Of a DNA stretch of 64,000 nucleotides, positions 42,910-53,561 are shown in pieces. The DNA is from Patescibacteria group bacterium (lineage in GTDB: Bacteria > Patescibacteriota > Microgenomatia > UBA1406 > GWC2-37-13). Numbering within the stretch: the stretch's first letter is position 1; each line of letters begins with the position of its first letter. The notes under the pieces are model-generated. The model was given only the letters and a program-made list of their open reading frames with translations, did not search any database and was not told where the DNA came from. The stretch spans positions 5,207 to 69,206 of the forward strand of contig BPJE01000002.1 in the NCBI GenBank assembly GCA_026004455.1. Reading direction: 5' to 3'. The translations under genes were made by a program, and so were the position numbers.

Positions 42910-43239
42910 CTATTTCAAGGACAATAATCTCTGCTTGGCAATTTCAATCTCTTTTTTTGGTGTTTTTTGTTTTTGTTTTTTAAAAGCTGAAAGTAAGTAA
43001 ATTGTCCTTCTAATAAATGTATAAATAATTCTTATTTCTTCTTTTCCTCTAATTCTTAACTCATATAAATTTGAATCAAGTTTTTTAGCATGTGGCATTC
43101 CTAAAAATGAGCCATAAATTTCTAAAAGATCTAAAAGATGGATTATTTTAGCAATTGCTTGAGGTTGTTGTTTTTTAATAAAATCAGCAACTGGTCTTTC
43201 GCCTCTATTTGTCTCAAATTCTAATATTTTCCAATTCAT
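42910..43239 (-). CDS. RelE/HigB-family toxin (gp49-like)
   Basis: PV.DFI, MPHAKKL..LYELR, F.KQ.QKTP..EI..A. Confidence 0.92.
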   Translation of the reverse strand: MNWKILEFETNRGERPVADFIKKQQPQAIAKIIHLLDLLEIYGSFLGMPHAKKLDSNLYELRIRGKEEIRIIYTFIRRTIYLLSAFKKQKQKTPKKEIEIAKQRLLSLK

Positions 43240-43315
43240 ATTCGGATTATGAATTTTATTTTTTATTTTATCAAAATTTAAAAAAACTAAAAATACCAAG
43301 AAATACCAAAAGTCC

Positions 43316-43358
43316 AAGGACAGAACCTTTCAGGTTCTGTCCTTTTAACGAGTGTACT
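43316..43358 (+). repeat. Family A short-loop subtype with tail (cassette boundary 3)
   Basis: AAGGACAGAACCTTTCAGGTTCTGTCCTTTTAACGAGTGTACT. Confidence 0.95.
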
Positions 43359-43369
43359 TAATAAAAATT

Positions 43370-43597
43370 TTATGATTTTAACAATTGAAAATATTCTTCA
43401 TTTGTTATTTTTGCGGTTCGGAGATTATTTTTAATAATAAAAACAGGCACGGTTTTATAACAAGGAATTACTATTGGTCTAATAAAACCCTCTTTCATAA
43501 AAATCATATGATCGCCTTTAGTTCTTATATGTTTCCAACCTTTCTTTTCAAAAATCTTAACTAATTTTTTATAATGAATTGGTTTAATTGAGGGCAT
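43370..43597 (-). CDS. hicA: HicA-family toxin
   Basis: GW..IRTKGDH, RPIVIP. Confidence 0.88.
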   Translation of the reverse strand: MPSIKPIHYKKLVKIFEKKGWKHIRTKGDHMIFMKEGFIRPIVIPCYKTVPVFIIKNNLRTAKITNEEYFQLLKS

Positions 43598-43598
43598 T

Positions 43599-43877
43599 TT
43601 AAGTAAAATTAACAACAAATGGCTCAATTATTATTTTTGGAAAAAATGAAGATTTTTTAATATTAAAACCTAAATCTTTTAAATAACTTTCTAATTGATT
43701 TCTTTTTTTTAATTCTTCAATAATAAGCTTCAACGACTCTTTTACATTTTTTCTTGCTTCTTCTTCTGTTTTTCCACAAGAAGAAATATCAAATTCTGGA
43801 ATATAAGCGACATAAGGAGCATCTTTTGCCTCTTTTTCATAAATAATTTTTATGGTTATAGGAAATTGAATAGACAT
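43599..43877 (-). CDS. hicB: HicB-family antitoxin
   Basis: YVAYIPE..ISSCGKTEEEARKNVKE. Confidence 0.88.
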   Translation of the reverse strand: MSIQFPITIKIIYEKEAKDAPYVAYIPEFDISSCGKTEEEARKNVKESLKLIIEELKKRNQLESYLKDLGFNIKKSSFFPKIIIEPFVVNFT

Positions 43878-43917
43878 ATAAACTTATTATACTACATTAA
43901 TTTGTTAAAGTAAAAAT

Positions 43918-43961
43918 AAGAACAGAACCTTTCAGGTTCTGTTCTTTTAAGGAGTGTCCTG
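43918..43961 (+). repeat. Family A short-loop subtype with tail (cassette boundary 4), compensatory base change
   Basis: AAGAACAGAACCTTTCAGGTTCTGTTCTTTTAAGGAGTGTCCTG. Confidence 0.95.
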
Positions 43962-44066
43962 TTTAAAATTACTCATTTTTGTTTATTTTTATATTATCCT
44001 GATAATCCAAAGGCGACCGCGTAGGTCGGATTGAAAATTTGGATTCCTGCTTTCGCAGGAATGACA
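43962..44066 (-). repeat. Inverted copy of the 72-bp repeat plus a GTCATTCCTGCGAAAGCAGGAATCC unit
   Basis: Matches 12261-12332; GGATTCCTGCTTTCGCAGGAATGAC at 44041. Confidence 0.88.
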
Positions 44067-44202
44067 ATACTTTTTACCTTTTAAATTTCAAATTATTTAT
44101 TTATTGAATTATTTATTATTGATTAAAAATTTATTATTTATTATTGTTTTTATTTTAGGTCAATTAGAAATTAGTTAATTTTTAAATGTTAGATGTTAGG
44201 CG

Positions 44203-45873
44203 TTAGATGTTAGATTTTAAATACTCTCCTTCTACCATCTCATCAAATCCCAATTTTCGATAATATTCTCTTGTTCCAACGGCAGCAATCACAGCGATTT
44301 TTTTTAATCCGAAATCTTTGGTTATTTCTTTTGCTTTTTCAATCAGTTTTTTACCTATTCCTTGATGCTGAACATCGCCTTTGTCTCCAATAGGATATCG
44401 CTTGTCCTAAAACATGTAACTCGCGGATAATCGATGAGTCAGAAAGAGAACTAATAAAAAACTTTTCTTTTGAAAAAATAAATGATGGAATTCGCAGCCG
44501 AAGATATCCTAAAAGTTTATAATCTTCATCAACTGTCTCAATAAAAAATTCTTTTCCACCGCTTGATGAGTAGGGGATAATGTTGATTTTTACTTTGCCT
44601 TTAATTTTTTGATTTCTTATTTCCCGACAACGAATACAAGGACATTTCTACTCCTTTTTTCTTTTAAATACTTTTCTAAATTTTGGCGAAAATTTGAAGG
44701 AAAAGTCTCAACCACAAGATCATTTCTTGTCAGATCACGCACTAATCGATTAATCCTCACCCATGGCGGAACAATCTCTTTTTTAAATTTTTCTGTTAAC
44801 CGCCATAGATATTGCTCGTCAATTGGTTTGTATTTTCCTACCTTATACCAATTAGCCAAAGGACTATTTTTCACCACTTGAGTTGGATAAAACTTGATAT
44901 TATCAGGCTTAAAATTTTCACTCTCAAATACCTCTTTTAAAACTTTGATATCTTTTTCAAAATTTGAGCCAGGTAATCCCGGCATCAAATGATAAGTGAT
45001 TTTAAAACCAGCATCACGAAGCATCTTTGTCGCTTTGATAACTGAGTCAATAAAATGACCTCGGTTGACTATCTTTAAAACCTCATCATCAGTTGACTGA
45101 ACTCCAAGCTCGATCCTTGTCACTCCAAGTTTTCTTAAAAAATAATATTTCCTCCTCATTTATATAATCAGGTCGAGTCTCAATCGTTAAGCCAACCATT
45201 CGCGATTTAGCTTTTTCATTTAAAATTTTTGCCTCATCTAAACTCTGACTTTGTGAAAATTTTATCTTTCCTTTTATAATAATTTTTTTCAATATCGCTA
45301 TTTAAACAATCAAAAACTCGTCTCACAAACCATTCTCGATATTTTTTATCATAGAAAGAAAAAGTCCCACCTTGTATAATCAACTCAACTTTATCAATCG
45401 GATGACCAGAAAGGTTAAAACTGGACTAATCGATCAAATGTCTGTTTAAATGGATCATAATCTGATCGGATTGCTCTTAAAACTGCCGCCTCATCGGGAA
45501 AATAACTTTTTGGCGCCTCTTCTACTAAAGCGCAATAAACACAGTTAAAAGGACAAGAGTTTTTTGGAGAGGTAAATACTGACAAAGGGACAATCCCAGA
45601 AAGAGAGCGAATCGAGACCACTTTTAAAACATCTAAAAACTCTTTGTTTTTTATTTAAAAAAATTTTTATTTTGAGAAAAAAATCTTTCATAAATAAATC
45701 TCAAGTGCCAAATTTTGGGAAAAAAATCTTTGATATTTTTTTTATCAATAAATTGACGGATAAAAAAATGAAGTTCTTTTTTATTGGTGATTTTTTTTGT
45801 TGCCAAATACAAAAAAAGTTCTTTTAATAACTCTTCTTTCTCTTTTGGAAAAGTCCTCTGGATAATAAAGCAT
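44203..45873 (-). CDS. elp3: Elp3-type radical SAM/GNAT tRNA U34 modification enzyme (several homopolymer frameshifts)
   Basis: RSLSGI, CPFNCVYC, TIETRPD, RIELGVQS, IRELHV, QHQGIG. Confidence 0.9.
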
Positions 45874-45919
45874 ACTAATAAATTTTGACTTTTAACTTTT
45901 GAATTATTTATAATATCTC

Positions 45920-46690
45920 ATGCCAAACGAAAATCAATTAATCAATCAATACATCACTATTTTAGATAATCTTTACAATAGATACATCAATCTTTTTCAA
46001 AATCAATCAATTGGTGTTTTTGTTTCCGGTGGAATTGATTCTTCTTTAATAGCTTATTTTACCAATAAATACTTTAAAAATTTTTCCCCTTTTTACTCTT
46101 CATTCAAAAACTGGTCTTGATTTAAATTATGTTAAATTATTAAACAATCTTTTGAAAAAAAATCTGATTATTGTTGACTTTGACAAAGAAAAATTAGAAA
46201 AAATAAAACCTACTGTTTTAAAGATCTTAACTGAAAATAAAATTGAGACTAATCCTACTCAACTTTCTTTAGCCTCAGCTTTATATTTTTTATGTGAAAA
46301 AGCAAAACAAGAAAAAACAAAAATCATCTTTACTGGCCAAGGACCAGATATTCTTTTAGGAGGCTATCATATGTATCAAAAAAATCAATATTAAAAACTT
46401 AAATGAAAAGATAAAAGATGACTTACCCCTTCTTGAAGTTGATAAAAAAAGAGATGGAGTTATTGCTCAATACTTTAATATTCAGTTAATAAATCCATAT
46501 TTGGAAAAAGAGTTTGTGGATTTTTCTTTATCAATACCAGCAGAGTTTAAAAATTAACAAAATTAATGATCAAATCTTTGAAAAATATCTTTCTCGAAAA
46601 GTCGGGGAGTATTTAAACCTTCCAAAAAATATTATCACTCGCCACAAAAAAGCCTTACAATATTCAACAAAAATCAGAAAATATATTTAG
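45920..46690 (+). CDS. Asparagine synthase C-terminal-domain-like protein (frameshifted)
   Basis: SGGIDSS, TGQGPD.LLGGY, NPYL, K..LQY. Confidence 0.8.
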
Positions 46691-46708
46691 ATTTGTTAAA
46701 ATATATCA

Positions 46709-47900
46709 ATGACTATTGGAGTTGATATCACGCCACTTTTATTTCCAGCTACAGGTGTTGCTAAATATACTTATAATTTAGTAAAAAATCTTCTTTTAAT
46801 TGATAAAAAAAATCAGTATAAACTTTTTTTTGTTTCAAAAAACTCCAAAAATCATTATCCATTTTTGCAAGAATTTGAAAACCTTGGCGCAAAAAATTTA
46901 TCACTATCAAATTCCTTTTAAATTACTGCAATTTTTTTTGGCAAAAATTAAATATTATTCCCGTTGATTTTTTTGTTGGTAAAGTTGATATTTTTTATGC
47001 TAATGATTTTTTTGCGTTCGCCATCAAAAACAAAAACCATTACCACCATCCACGACCTCACTTGGAAACTTTATCCAGAATATCACACAAAAGAGGTAAT
47101 TGAAGCTCACACAATTAAACTTGAAAAAACCATAAAATATGGTGATGAAATCATTGTTGACTCAGAAAATACAAAAAATGATTTGCTTAAACTTTATCCT
47201 CAAGTTGATAAAAACAAAGTCCATGTCATTTATCCAGGAGTAGAGGAGAGATACAAAGAAAAGTTAAAAGTCCCACCTAAAACGGCGGGCAAGCAAAAGT
47301 CAAAAGTTGACGAAGAAAAGTCAAAAATTATTTTTGAAAAATATTTAAAAAACAATATACGTTCCACGTTCTACGTTTCACGTTACATATTATATGTTGG
47401 CGCTATTGAACCAAGAAAAAAACCTTGATATTGCAATAAAACTATATCATCAACTACTTACTACTAACTACTTACTACTTGATACTAAATTCTTTATCAT
47501 CGGTCGTGCTGGTTGGAAAAATGAAAAAATATTTTCTCTTGTTAAAGATCTTCATCTTGAGGATAAAGTGATATTTTTAGGCTATGTTGAGGATGATGAT
47601 TTGCCAGTTTTTTATCAAAATGCTTTAGCAACTATTTATTTATCAGAATACGAAGGCTTTGGACTGCCACCGCTTGAATCAGCATACTGTGAGACTCCAG
47701 TTTTACTCTACAAAAACTCTTCACTTAAAGAATTATTTACTGATGATTATCCATATGCAAAAAAAGGAGAAGAGCTTGAAACTTTAAAATATCTTATCAA
47801 AAACAAAATCAATCCTAAAAAATACTTAAAACAAGACTTCTCCTACAAAAAAACTGCGCAAGAGTTTCTAAAACTCATAACCAAGGACAGAACCTTTTAG
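46709..47900 (+). CDS. GT4 glycosyltransferase (frameshifted; in-frame repeat inserts)
   Basis: TGVAKYT, TIHDL, VGAIEPRKN, YEGFGLPPLE. Confidence 0.88.
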
Positions 47901-47927
47901 GTTCTGTCCTTTTTAAGGACCGTCCCT
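47883..47927 (+). repeat. Family A short-loop subtype supplying the GT4 stop codon
   Basis: AAGGACAGAACCTTTTAGGTTCTGTCC (KDRTF-stop). Confidence 0.92.
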
Positions 47928-47930
47928 AAA

Positions 47931-48756
47931 CTAAATAATCTTTAATCTTTTTAATCTTTCAAAAATCCTTGTATTTCTTTGTTTTTGTTTTTTTAACATA
48001 GAAAAATTAGAGTAGAGAAGACCAAGATTTTTTTTGCTGGTTTTCAAAAACAATTCTTTTTACAAATCGCAAAATCTTTTTATTTAAATAATTAAGCTGA
48101 CTATCTGTTAACAAATCAATTGGTATTGAGTCATCTAATCTTGTTCCAATTGGAAAATGAACGCCGGAAAAATAATCTTTATATTTAGCAATCTCATCAA
48201 TAATATTTTCCCAATTAGTTAACAATTCTTTTGTTTTTATTTTTGAAACAACATGATATAAATCAACTAAACCAAAAGCATTAACTTCTTGCTTTTTATA
48301 AATATCAACTAAATTCATCATCTCTTTAACCCCATTAATTCCATCTAAATGATTTTCAATCCACAAACCTTTAATTTTATTTTTGTTTTTAAAAATAAAC
48401 TCTTGGATATTTTTATTTTCCAAATATGGAGTATGAAACAAAAACTCATAAGAGGCAAAATTTTCTGTTAACTCTTTAATTCCAAAAATAAATTTGTTAA
48501 CTAAAGTCATTGTGATTTTTCCTAAAAAGGGCAGTCTTTCTTCACCGCCAGTTTTTCCATGAAAAGATAATACTTTTATATGATTTTTTTCTAAAACATC
48601 AACAAATTTTTGAAGTCTTTTTTTTGGTTTAAAAGCAATTAACTCAACGCCATTAATATAACCTTGATTAAATAATTCTTTCCATAAAAATAAAAATGAA
48701 GAAGAATCACCTAGAAAACCAATACTATCTGAAGAAACTAAAATTTGTTTATTCAT
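47931..48756 (-). CDS. Hypothetical TIM-barrel-like protein (3' end repaired across one A-run)
   Basis: GVELI, SFHG, WIENH, D.YH, GVHFP, VFEN motifs. Confidence 0.6.
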
Positions 48757-49736
48757 TTTTTATAATCTTTATATCTTTTCAAATCTGCCTCAACCATCAT
48801 TTTTACTAACTCCTCAAAAGAAACCTTTGGCGACCAACCTAAGATTTTTTTAGCTTTATCAGGTCGAGCTTTAAGATTTGGCACTTCAGCTGGACGTTTA
48901 AACTGAGGATCAATCACCACATATTTTTCCCAATTTTTTATTCCAGCATATTTAAAAGCTAACTCAACAAACTCTCTGACACTATGATTTTCTCCAGTAC
49001 CAACAACATAATCTCCTGGTTCTTTTTGCTGAAGCATCAAATACATTGCCTCAACATAATCACCAGCAAAACCCCAATCCCGTTTTGCTTCTAAATTTCC
49101 TAAACGCAACTCTTTTGCTAAACCATACTTTATTTTTGCCACACCATCGGTGATTTTTCTTGTGACAAATTGAATTCCGCGAATCGGTGATTCATGATTA
49201 AACAAAATCCCATTACAAGTAAAAAGACCGTAAGACTCTCTATAATTTACAGTGATCCAATAAGCATAGACTTTTGATACTCCATAAGGTGATCGAGGAT
49301 GAAAAGGTGTTTTTTCATCTTGATAACCATTAGTATGCTGTAATCCAAACATCTCACTAGTTGATGCTTGATAAAATTTAGTCGTTGGCGAAAAATACTT
49401 TATTGCATTAAGCATATATAAAGGACCCAAAGCATTAACCTCAGTAGTTAATTTTGCTTGCTCAAATGATGAACCAACAAAAGATTGAGCAGCTAGATTA
49501 TAAACCTCAGTTGGTCGAAGAGTGCGAATTAAATTCAAAAGTGAAGCTTCATCAGTCATATCGCCCTCAACATAATCAATATCATGAGTGACACCAACAT
49601 AATCAAGATTGGAAAAATTAGGATTAGAGTAGCGACGAATAAGACCATAAACTTTATAATCTTTTTCAAGTAATAATTTAGCTAAATATGGACCATCTTG
49701 TCCCAATATACCAGTAATTAAAGCAGTTCTAGACAT
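48753..49736 (-). CDS. gmd: GDP-mannose 4,6-dehydratase
   Basis: GILGQDG, QASTSE, SPYGVSK, FNHESP, RDWG. Confidence 0.97.
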   Translation of the reverse strand: MSRTALITGILGQDGPYLAKLLLEKDYKVYGLIRRYSNPNFSNLDYVGVTHDIDYVEGDMTDEASLLNLIRTLRPTEVYNLAAQSFVGSSFEQAKLTTEVNALGPLYMLNAIKYFSPTTKFYQASTSEMFGLQHTNGYQDEKTPFHPRSPYGVSKVYAYWITVNYRESYGLFTCNGILFNHESPIRGIQFVTRKITDGVAKIKYGLAKELRLGNLEAKRDWGFAGDYVEAMYLMLQQKEPGDYVVGTGENHSVREFVELAFKYAGIKNWEKYVVIDPQFKRPAEVPNLKARPDKAKKILGWSPKVSFEELVKMMVEADLKRYKDYKK

Positions 49737-49843
49737 AAAAAATAAAAAAATTTTAACTAATTAATAAATTATACAAAAAAAAAACAAGGTTGTCCAATAA
49801 ATAATTATGTAACGTATAACGTGGAACTTAGAACGTAATTATT

Positions 49844-49929
49844 AAGGACAGAACCTTTTTTTCAAAAAGGTTCTGTCCTTTTTATTCTTATCAAAGACTG
49901 TCTTTGCAATTTTTGCAAAGACAGTCTTT
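49844..49929. repeat. Family A palindrome plus a related AAAGACTGTCTTTGC/GCAAAGACAGTCTTT palindrome
   Basis: Two perfect hairpins at 49844-49880 and 49893-49929. Confidence 0.92.
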
Positions 49930-49996
49930 TATTAATTCCATTTTAGATTTTACTTTTGCCTTTTGACTTTTGAATTTTGAATTTTTAAAATATACT

Positions 49997-51283
49997 ATGC
50001 TCCAAAAATTATTAAGATTTATCAAACAACCAACTAGCAGAGAAATAATTATTAATACTATTGGTAATTATTTAAATGTTTTTTTTACTGCTTTTTGGGC
50101 GTTTTTGCTTGTTCGAATAATGTCACCATCTGATTATGGAGTTTTAAGTGTTTTACTTAGTATTTCTTATGTTTTAGCTAATATTTTGGATTTTGGCACA
50201 ACCGCTAGTATTTACTCATATCTGCCAAATATTTTTGAAAACAAAAGAGAAAAAGCTTATATATTTTTAAAAACTATTTTTACTTATCAAACTGTTTTTT
50301 CTTTCATTATCATCACTTTGCTTTTTGTTTTTTTTCCTTATTTAGATAAACTTTTTTTCAAAACTGATGCGTCTTTATGGGAACTTTATCTGACAGCTTT
50401 TTCTGTTATTTTTTTTATCTGGCAAAACTATGTCATCAACGCTCTCAATACCACTAAAAAATTTTTATTTTCTAATCTTATTCTAAATATCTCAAATATC
50501 ATCAAAACTCTTTTCATTTTTATACTTTATAAATTTAATCTTGTTAATGTCGGTTCAATTATTTTCACTTTTGGAATTTTAGGACCAGCATTTTTTTTCA
50601 TAATTTTATTTTTCAAAAAAAACAATACAATTTTAAATGTCTTAAAAGCAAAGATTAAAAAAGAAGAATTTCGTTTTGGTTATACTTTTAGTTTTTTTAT
50701 TGCTTCTCAATTTTCTAATCTAGCCCTTCGGATGGATCTTTTTTTATTATCATTTTTTTACCCAAGATCACCGCAAATTGGTTATTATGGTCTATCACAA
50801 AAAATTATCTTGACTATCCTTGCCTCAATCACTGCTGTCACTCAAGTCTTATCACCAAATTTTGCTAAAATTACCTCAAAAATCGAAGCAAAAAAACAGC
50901 TTATAAATGGATTTTTATATCTTTTAATTCCTGCGGGATTATTTATTATTTTATATTTTACGCCTGAATGGATTTTTAATTTGTTTTTTACAAAAAAATA
51001 TAGCCAAACCGTTGCCATTACTCATGCTTTAAGTTTAGCTTTTATTCTTTGTTCGTTTCTAAATTTACCCTTTTTGTTTATTCTTTACACAGCAAAAAAA
51101 ACTTTTCCAATATTACTTACTAACTTAATATTTTTTATAATTGTTTCAATTGGTTGTTATTTTTTAATTCCATTTTTTGGAGTTTTTGGGCCGTCAATAG
51201 CAATAGGGTTTGGGTTTTTTGTGTCTTTAATTATTCTTACTTATTACAACTTTATTGAATATAAAAAATTACCTGAAAATTAA
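49997..51283 (+). CDS. Oligosaccharide flippase (Wzx/MOP family)
   Basis: About 12 TMs; R..SP.DYG, DFG, R.D.FLL, IGYYG. Confidence 0.85.
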   Translation: MLQKLLRFIKQPTSREIIINTIGNYLNVFFTAFWAFLLVRIMSPSDYGVLSVLLSISYVLANILDFGTTASIYSYLPNIFENKREKAYIFLKTIFTYQTVFSFIIITLLFVFFPYLDKLFFKTDASLWELYLTAFSVIFFIWQNYVINALNTTKKFLFSNLILNISNIIKTLFIFILYKFNLVNVGSIIFTFGILGPAFFFIILFFKKNNTILNVLKAKIKKEEFRFGYTFSFFIASQFSNLALRMDLFLLSFFYPRSPQIGYYGLSQKIILTILASITAVTQVLSPNFAKITSKIEAKKQLINGFLYLLIPAGLFIILYFTPEWIFNLFFTKKYSQTVAITHALSLAFILCSFLNLPFLFILYTAKKTFPILLTNLIFFIIVSIGCYFLIPFFGVFGPSIAIGFGFFVSLIILTYYNFIEYKKLPEN

Positions 51284-52131
51284 TTCTGTAATTCATAAGC
51301 TAAAAGAACATTTTCCATAAGAGAAACAATTGTCATTGGTCCAATACCCCCAGGAACTGGTGTAATCGCCTTAACTTTTTCAAAAACATCATTATAATCA
51401 ACATCTCCATAAAGTTTTTTTTCATCACGATTAATACCAACATCAATGACTATTGCTCCTTTTTTAACTGCTTCTTTTTTAATAAGGTTTTTTTTACCAA
51501 CAGCAACAATTAAAATATCAGCTTCCTTTGTAAGTGAAAATAAATCTTTTGTTTTTGAATGAGCTAATGTCACTGTTGCATCTTCATTAATCAACATATG
51601 AAAAATTGGTTTACCAATAAAATTGTTCCGTCCGATAACCACTGCTTTTTTACCTTGAATATCAATCTTATATTCTTTTAGAATCTTAATCACTCCTTTA
51701 GCGGTGCAAGGAAAAAAAATATTCTCATCATTTTGTTTTGCTAAAAACATTTTTCCTACATTAATCGGATTAAAACAATCAACATCTTTTAGTGGATTAA
51801 TAAATTCATTGATTTGATAAGTAAAAGGTAAAAGATGATCCGGTAATGGATATTGAATTATTATTCCATGAATATTTGGGTCTTTATTAAGATTATCCAA
51901 ATAATTAAAAAATTCTTCTTTAGTAGTCTTTTCTGGTAATAATATTTTTTTTGAAAAAAAACCAATTTTATCGCTAACAATAATTTTATTTTTTACATAT
52001 ATTTTTGAAGGCTTATCATCGCCAACAAGAATTACTGCTAATCCAGGTTTTTTTGATAAATTAACAACTTTATTTTTTACTTTTTCTATAGTTTTATCAA
52101 GAATTTTTTTACCATCTAAAATAATTGTCAT
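51280..52131 (-). CDS. folD: Methylenetetrahydrofolate dehydrogenase/cyclohydrolase
   Basis: ILDGK, KDVD, PCT, DVGINR, TPVPGGIGPMT. Confidence 0.96.
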   Translation of the reverse strand: MTIILDGKKILDKTIEKVKNKVVNLSKKPGLAVILVGDDKPSKIYVKNKIIVSDKIGFFSKKILLPEKTTKEEFFNYLDNLNKDPNIHGIIIQYPLPDHLLPFTYQINEFINPLKDVDCFNPINVGKMFLAKQNDENIFFPCTAKGVIKILKEYKIDIQGKKAVVIGRNNFIGKPIFHMLINEDATVTLAHSKTKDLFSLTKEADILIVAVGKKNLIKKEAVKKGAIVIDVGINRDEKKLYGDVDYNDVFEKVKAITPVPGGIGPMTIVSLMENVLLAYELQN

Positions 52132-52202
52132 ATTTAATAAAAATTGTTATTGATTTTGAAAAGTATAATTATTATTATATATTAGATTAAAAAAAATTTA
52201 TC

Positions 52203-53561
52203 ATGAAAGACAAAATAATCTCAAAACTCATAAAACTTGAAGAAAAAAGACAAAAAGAGGGGGTTGAACTTATTCCTTCTGAAAATTATGCCTCATCTGA
52301 AGTCAGAAGAGTTTTATCTTCTTATTTTGTTAACAAGTACTCCGAAGGTTATCCAAAAAAAAGATATTATGGTGGTAATGAAAATGTTGATGAGGTTGAG
52401 ATAGTGGCAATTGAACGAGCAAAAAAACTTTTTAATGTTCCTTTTGCCAATGTTCAACCTTATTCAGGCTCTCCAGCAAATCTAGCTGTTTATCTGGCTA
52501 CTTGTAAACCAGGCGATGTGGTTATGGGTCAGGCTTTAACTGCTGGAGGACATTTAACTCATGGTCACAATGTCTCAGCAACCGGAATATTTTTTAAAAC
52601 TGTACAATATACCTTAAAAAAAGATATTGATATTTATAAAAAACAAGATCTTTTTGATTATGATGAAATTAGAAAACTTGCTAAAGAAAATAAACCAAAA
52701 CTTATCTGGGTTGGAGCCACTGCTTATCCATTAAAATTTAACTATAGAAAATTTGCTGAAATTGCCGATGAGGTTGGAGCCTTTTTAGCTGCTGATATCT
52801 CTCATGTTGCTGGATTAATTGCTGGTGGTGCTCATCCATCACCAGTCCCATATGCTCACATCATCACCACTACTACTCATAAAACCCTTAGGGGTCCAAG
52901 AGGAGCAATGATTATGGTAACAGAAAAAGGTTTAAAAAAAGACCCTGAACTTGGTGATAAAATTAATAAAGCAGTTTTCCCTGGTCTTCAAGGAGGTCCT
53001 CATGACAATCAAACAGCTGCTATTGCTGTTGCCCTATATGAAGCAATGCAATCATCATTTAAAAAATATGCTGCTCAAATTGTTAAAAACTCTCAAATTC
53101 TTTCTCAAGTATTAATTGATGGTGGGTTAAAACTAATTGGCGGCGGCAGTGAAAACCATCTGATACTCGCTGATTTAACATCAATGCTTGGTCCAGGTTG
53201 TGGAGTTTTTGCTCAAAAAGCTTTAGATTTAGCAGGAATTACTTTAAATAAAAACACCATTCCCAATGAACCAGCCTCACCATTTTATCCATCAGGTATA
53301 AGGCTTGGTACACCAGCAATGACAACTCGAGGAATGAAGGAAAAAGAAATGAAGTTTATTGGTAAAAAAATTCTTGAGGTTTTGCAAATAATAAAAACTT
53401 ATTTTGAACAACAAGGTAAAGATTTTGCCTTTTGGAATTTATCAAAAGAGGAAAGAAAAGAATTTATAAAAAAATTTGACAAAGATATTGTTAAAAATAG
53501 TCAATTAAAAAAAATAAAATCAGAAATAAAAAAAGTCGCTCTCAAATTTCCAATACCATAA
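52203..53561 (+). CDS. glyA: Serine hydroxymethyltransferase
   Basis: YSEGYP..RYYGG, GGHLTHG, TTTHKTLRGPRG. Confidence 0.98.
   Translation: MKDKIISKLIKLEEKRQKEGVELIPSENYASSEVRRVLSSYFVNKYSEGYPKKRYYGGNENVDEVEIVAIERAKKLFNVPFANVQPYSGSPANLAVYLATCKPGDVVMGQALTAGGHLTHGHNVSATGIFFKTVQYTLKKDIDIYKKQDLFDYDEIRKLAKENKPKLIWVGATAYPLKFNYRKFAEIADEVGAFLAADISHVAGLIAGGAHPSPVPYAHIITTTTHKTLRGPRGAMIMVTEKGLKKDPELGDKINKAVFPGLQGGPHDNQTAAIAVALYEAMQSSFKKYAAQIVKNSQILSQVLIDGGLKLIGGGSENHLILADLTSMLGPGCGVFAQKALDLAGITLNKNTIPNEPASPFYPSGIRLGTPAMTTRGMKEKEMKFIGKKILEVLQIIKTYFEQQGKDFAFWNLSKEERKEFIKKFDKDIVKNSQLKKIKSEIKKVALKFPIP

Noticed and set aside
41782..43961. Canonical integron attC sites
   Set aside because: No RYYYAAC/GTTRRRY ends or extrahelical-base pattern, and the recombinase at 60-62 kb looks Xer-like with no evident IntI-specific insertion.
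44203..47900. elp3, Asn-synthase-like and GT4 as true pseudogenes or programmed frameshifts
   Set aside because: The traced breaks are +1 homopolymer expansions with motifs intact; sequencing error is simpler.
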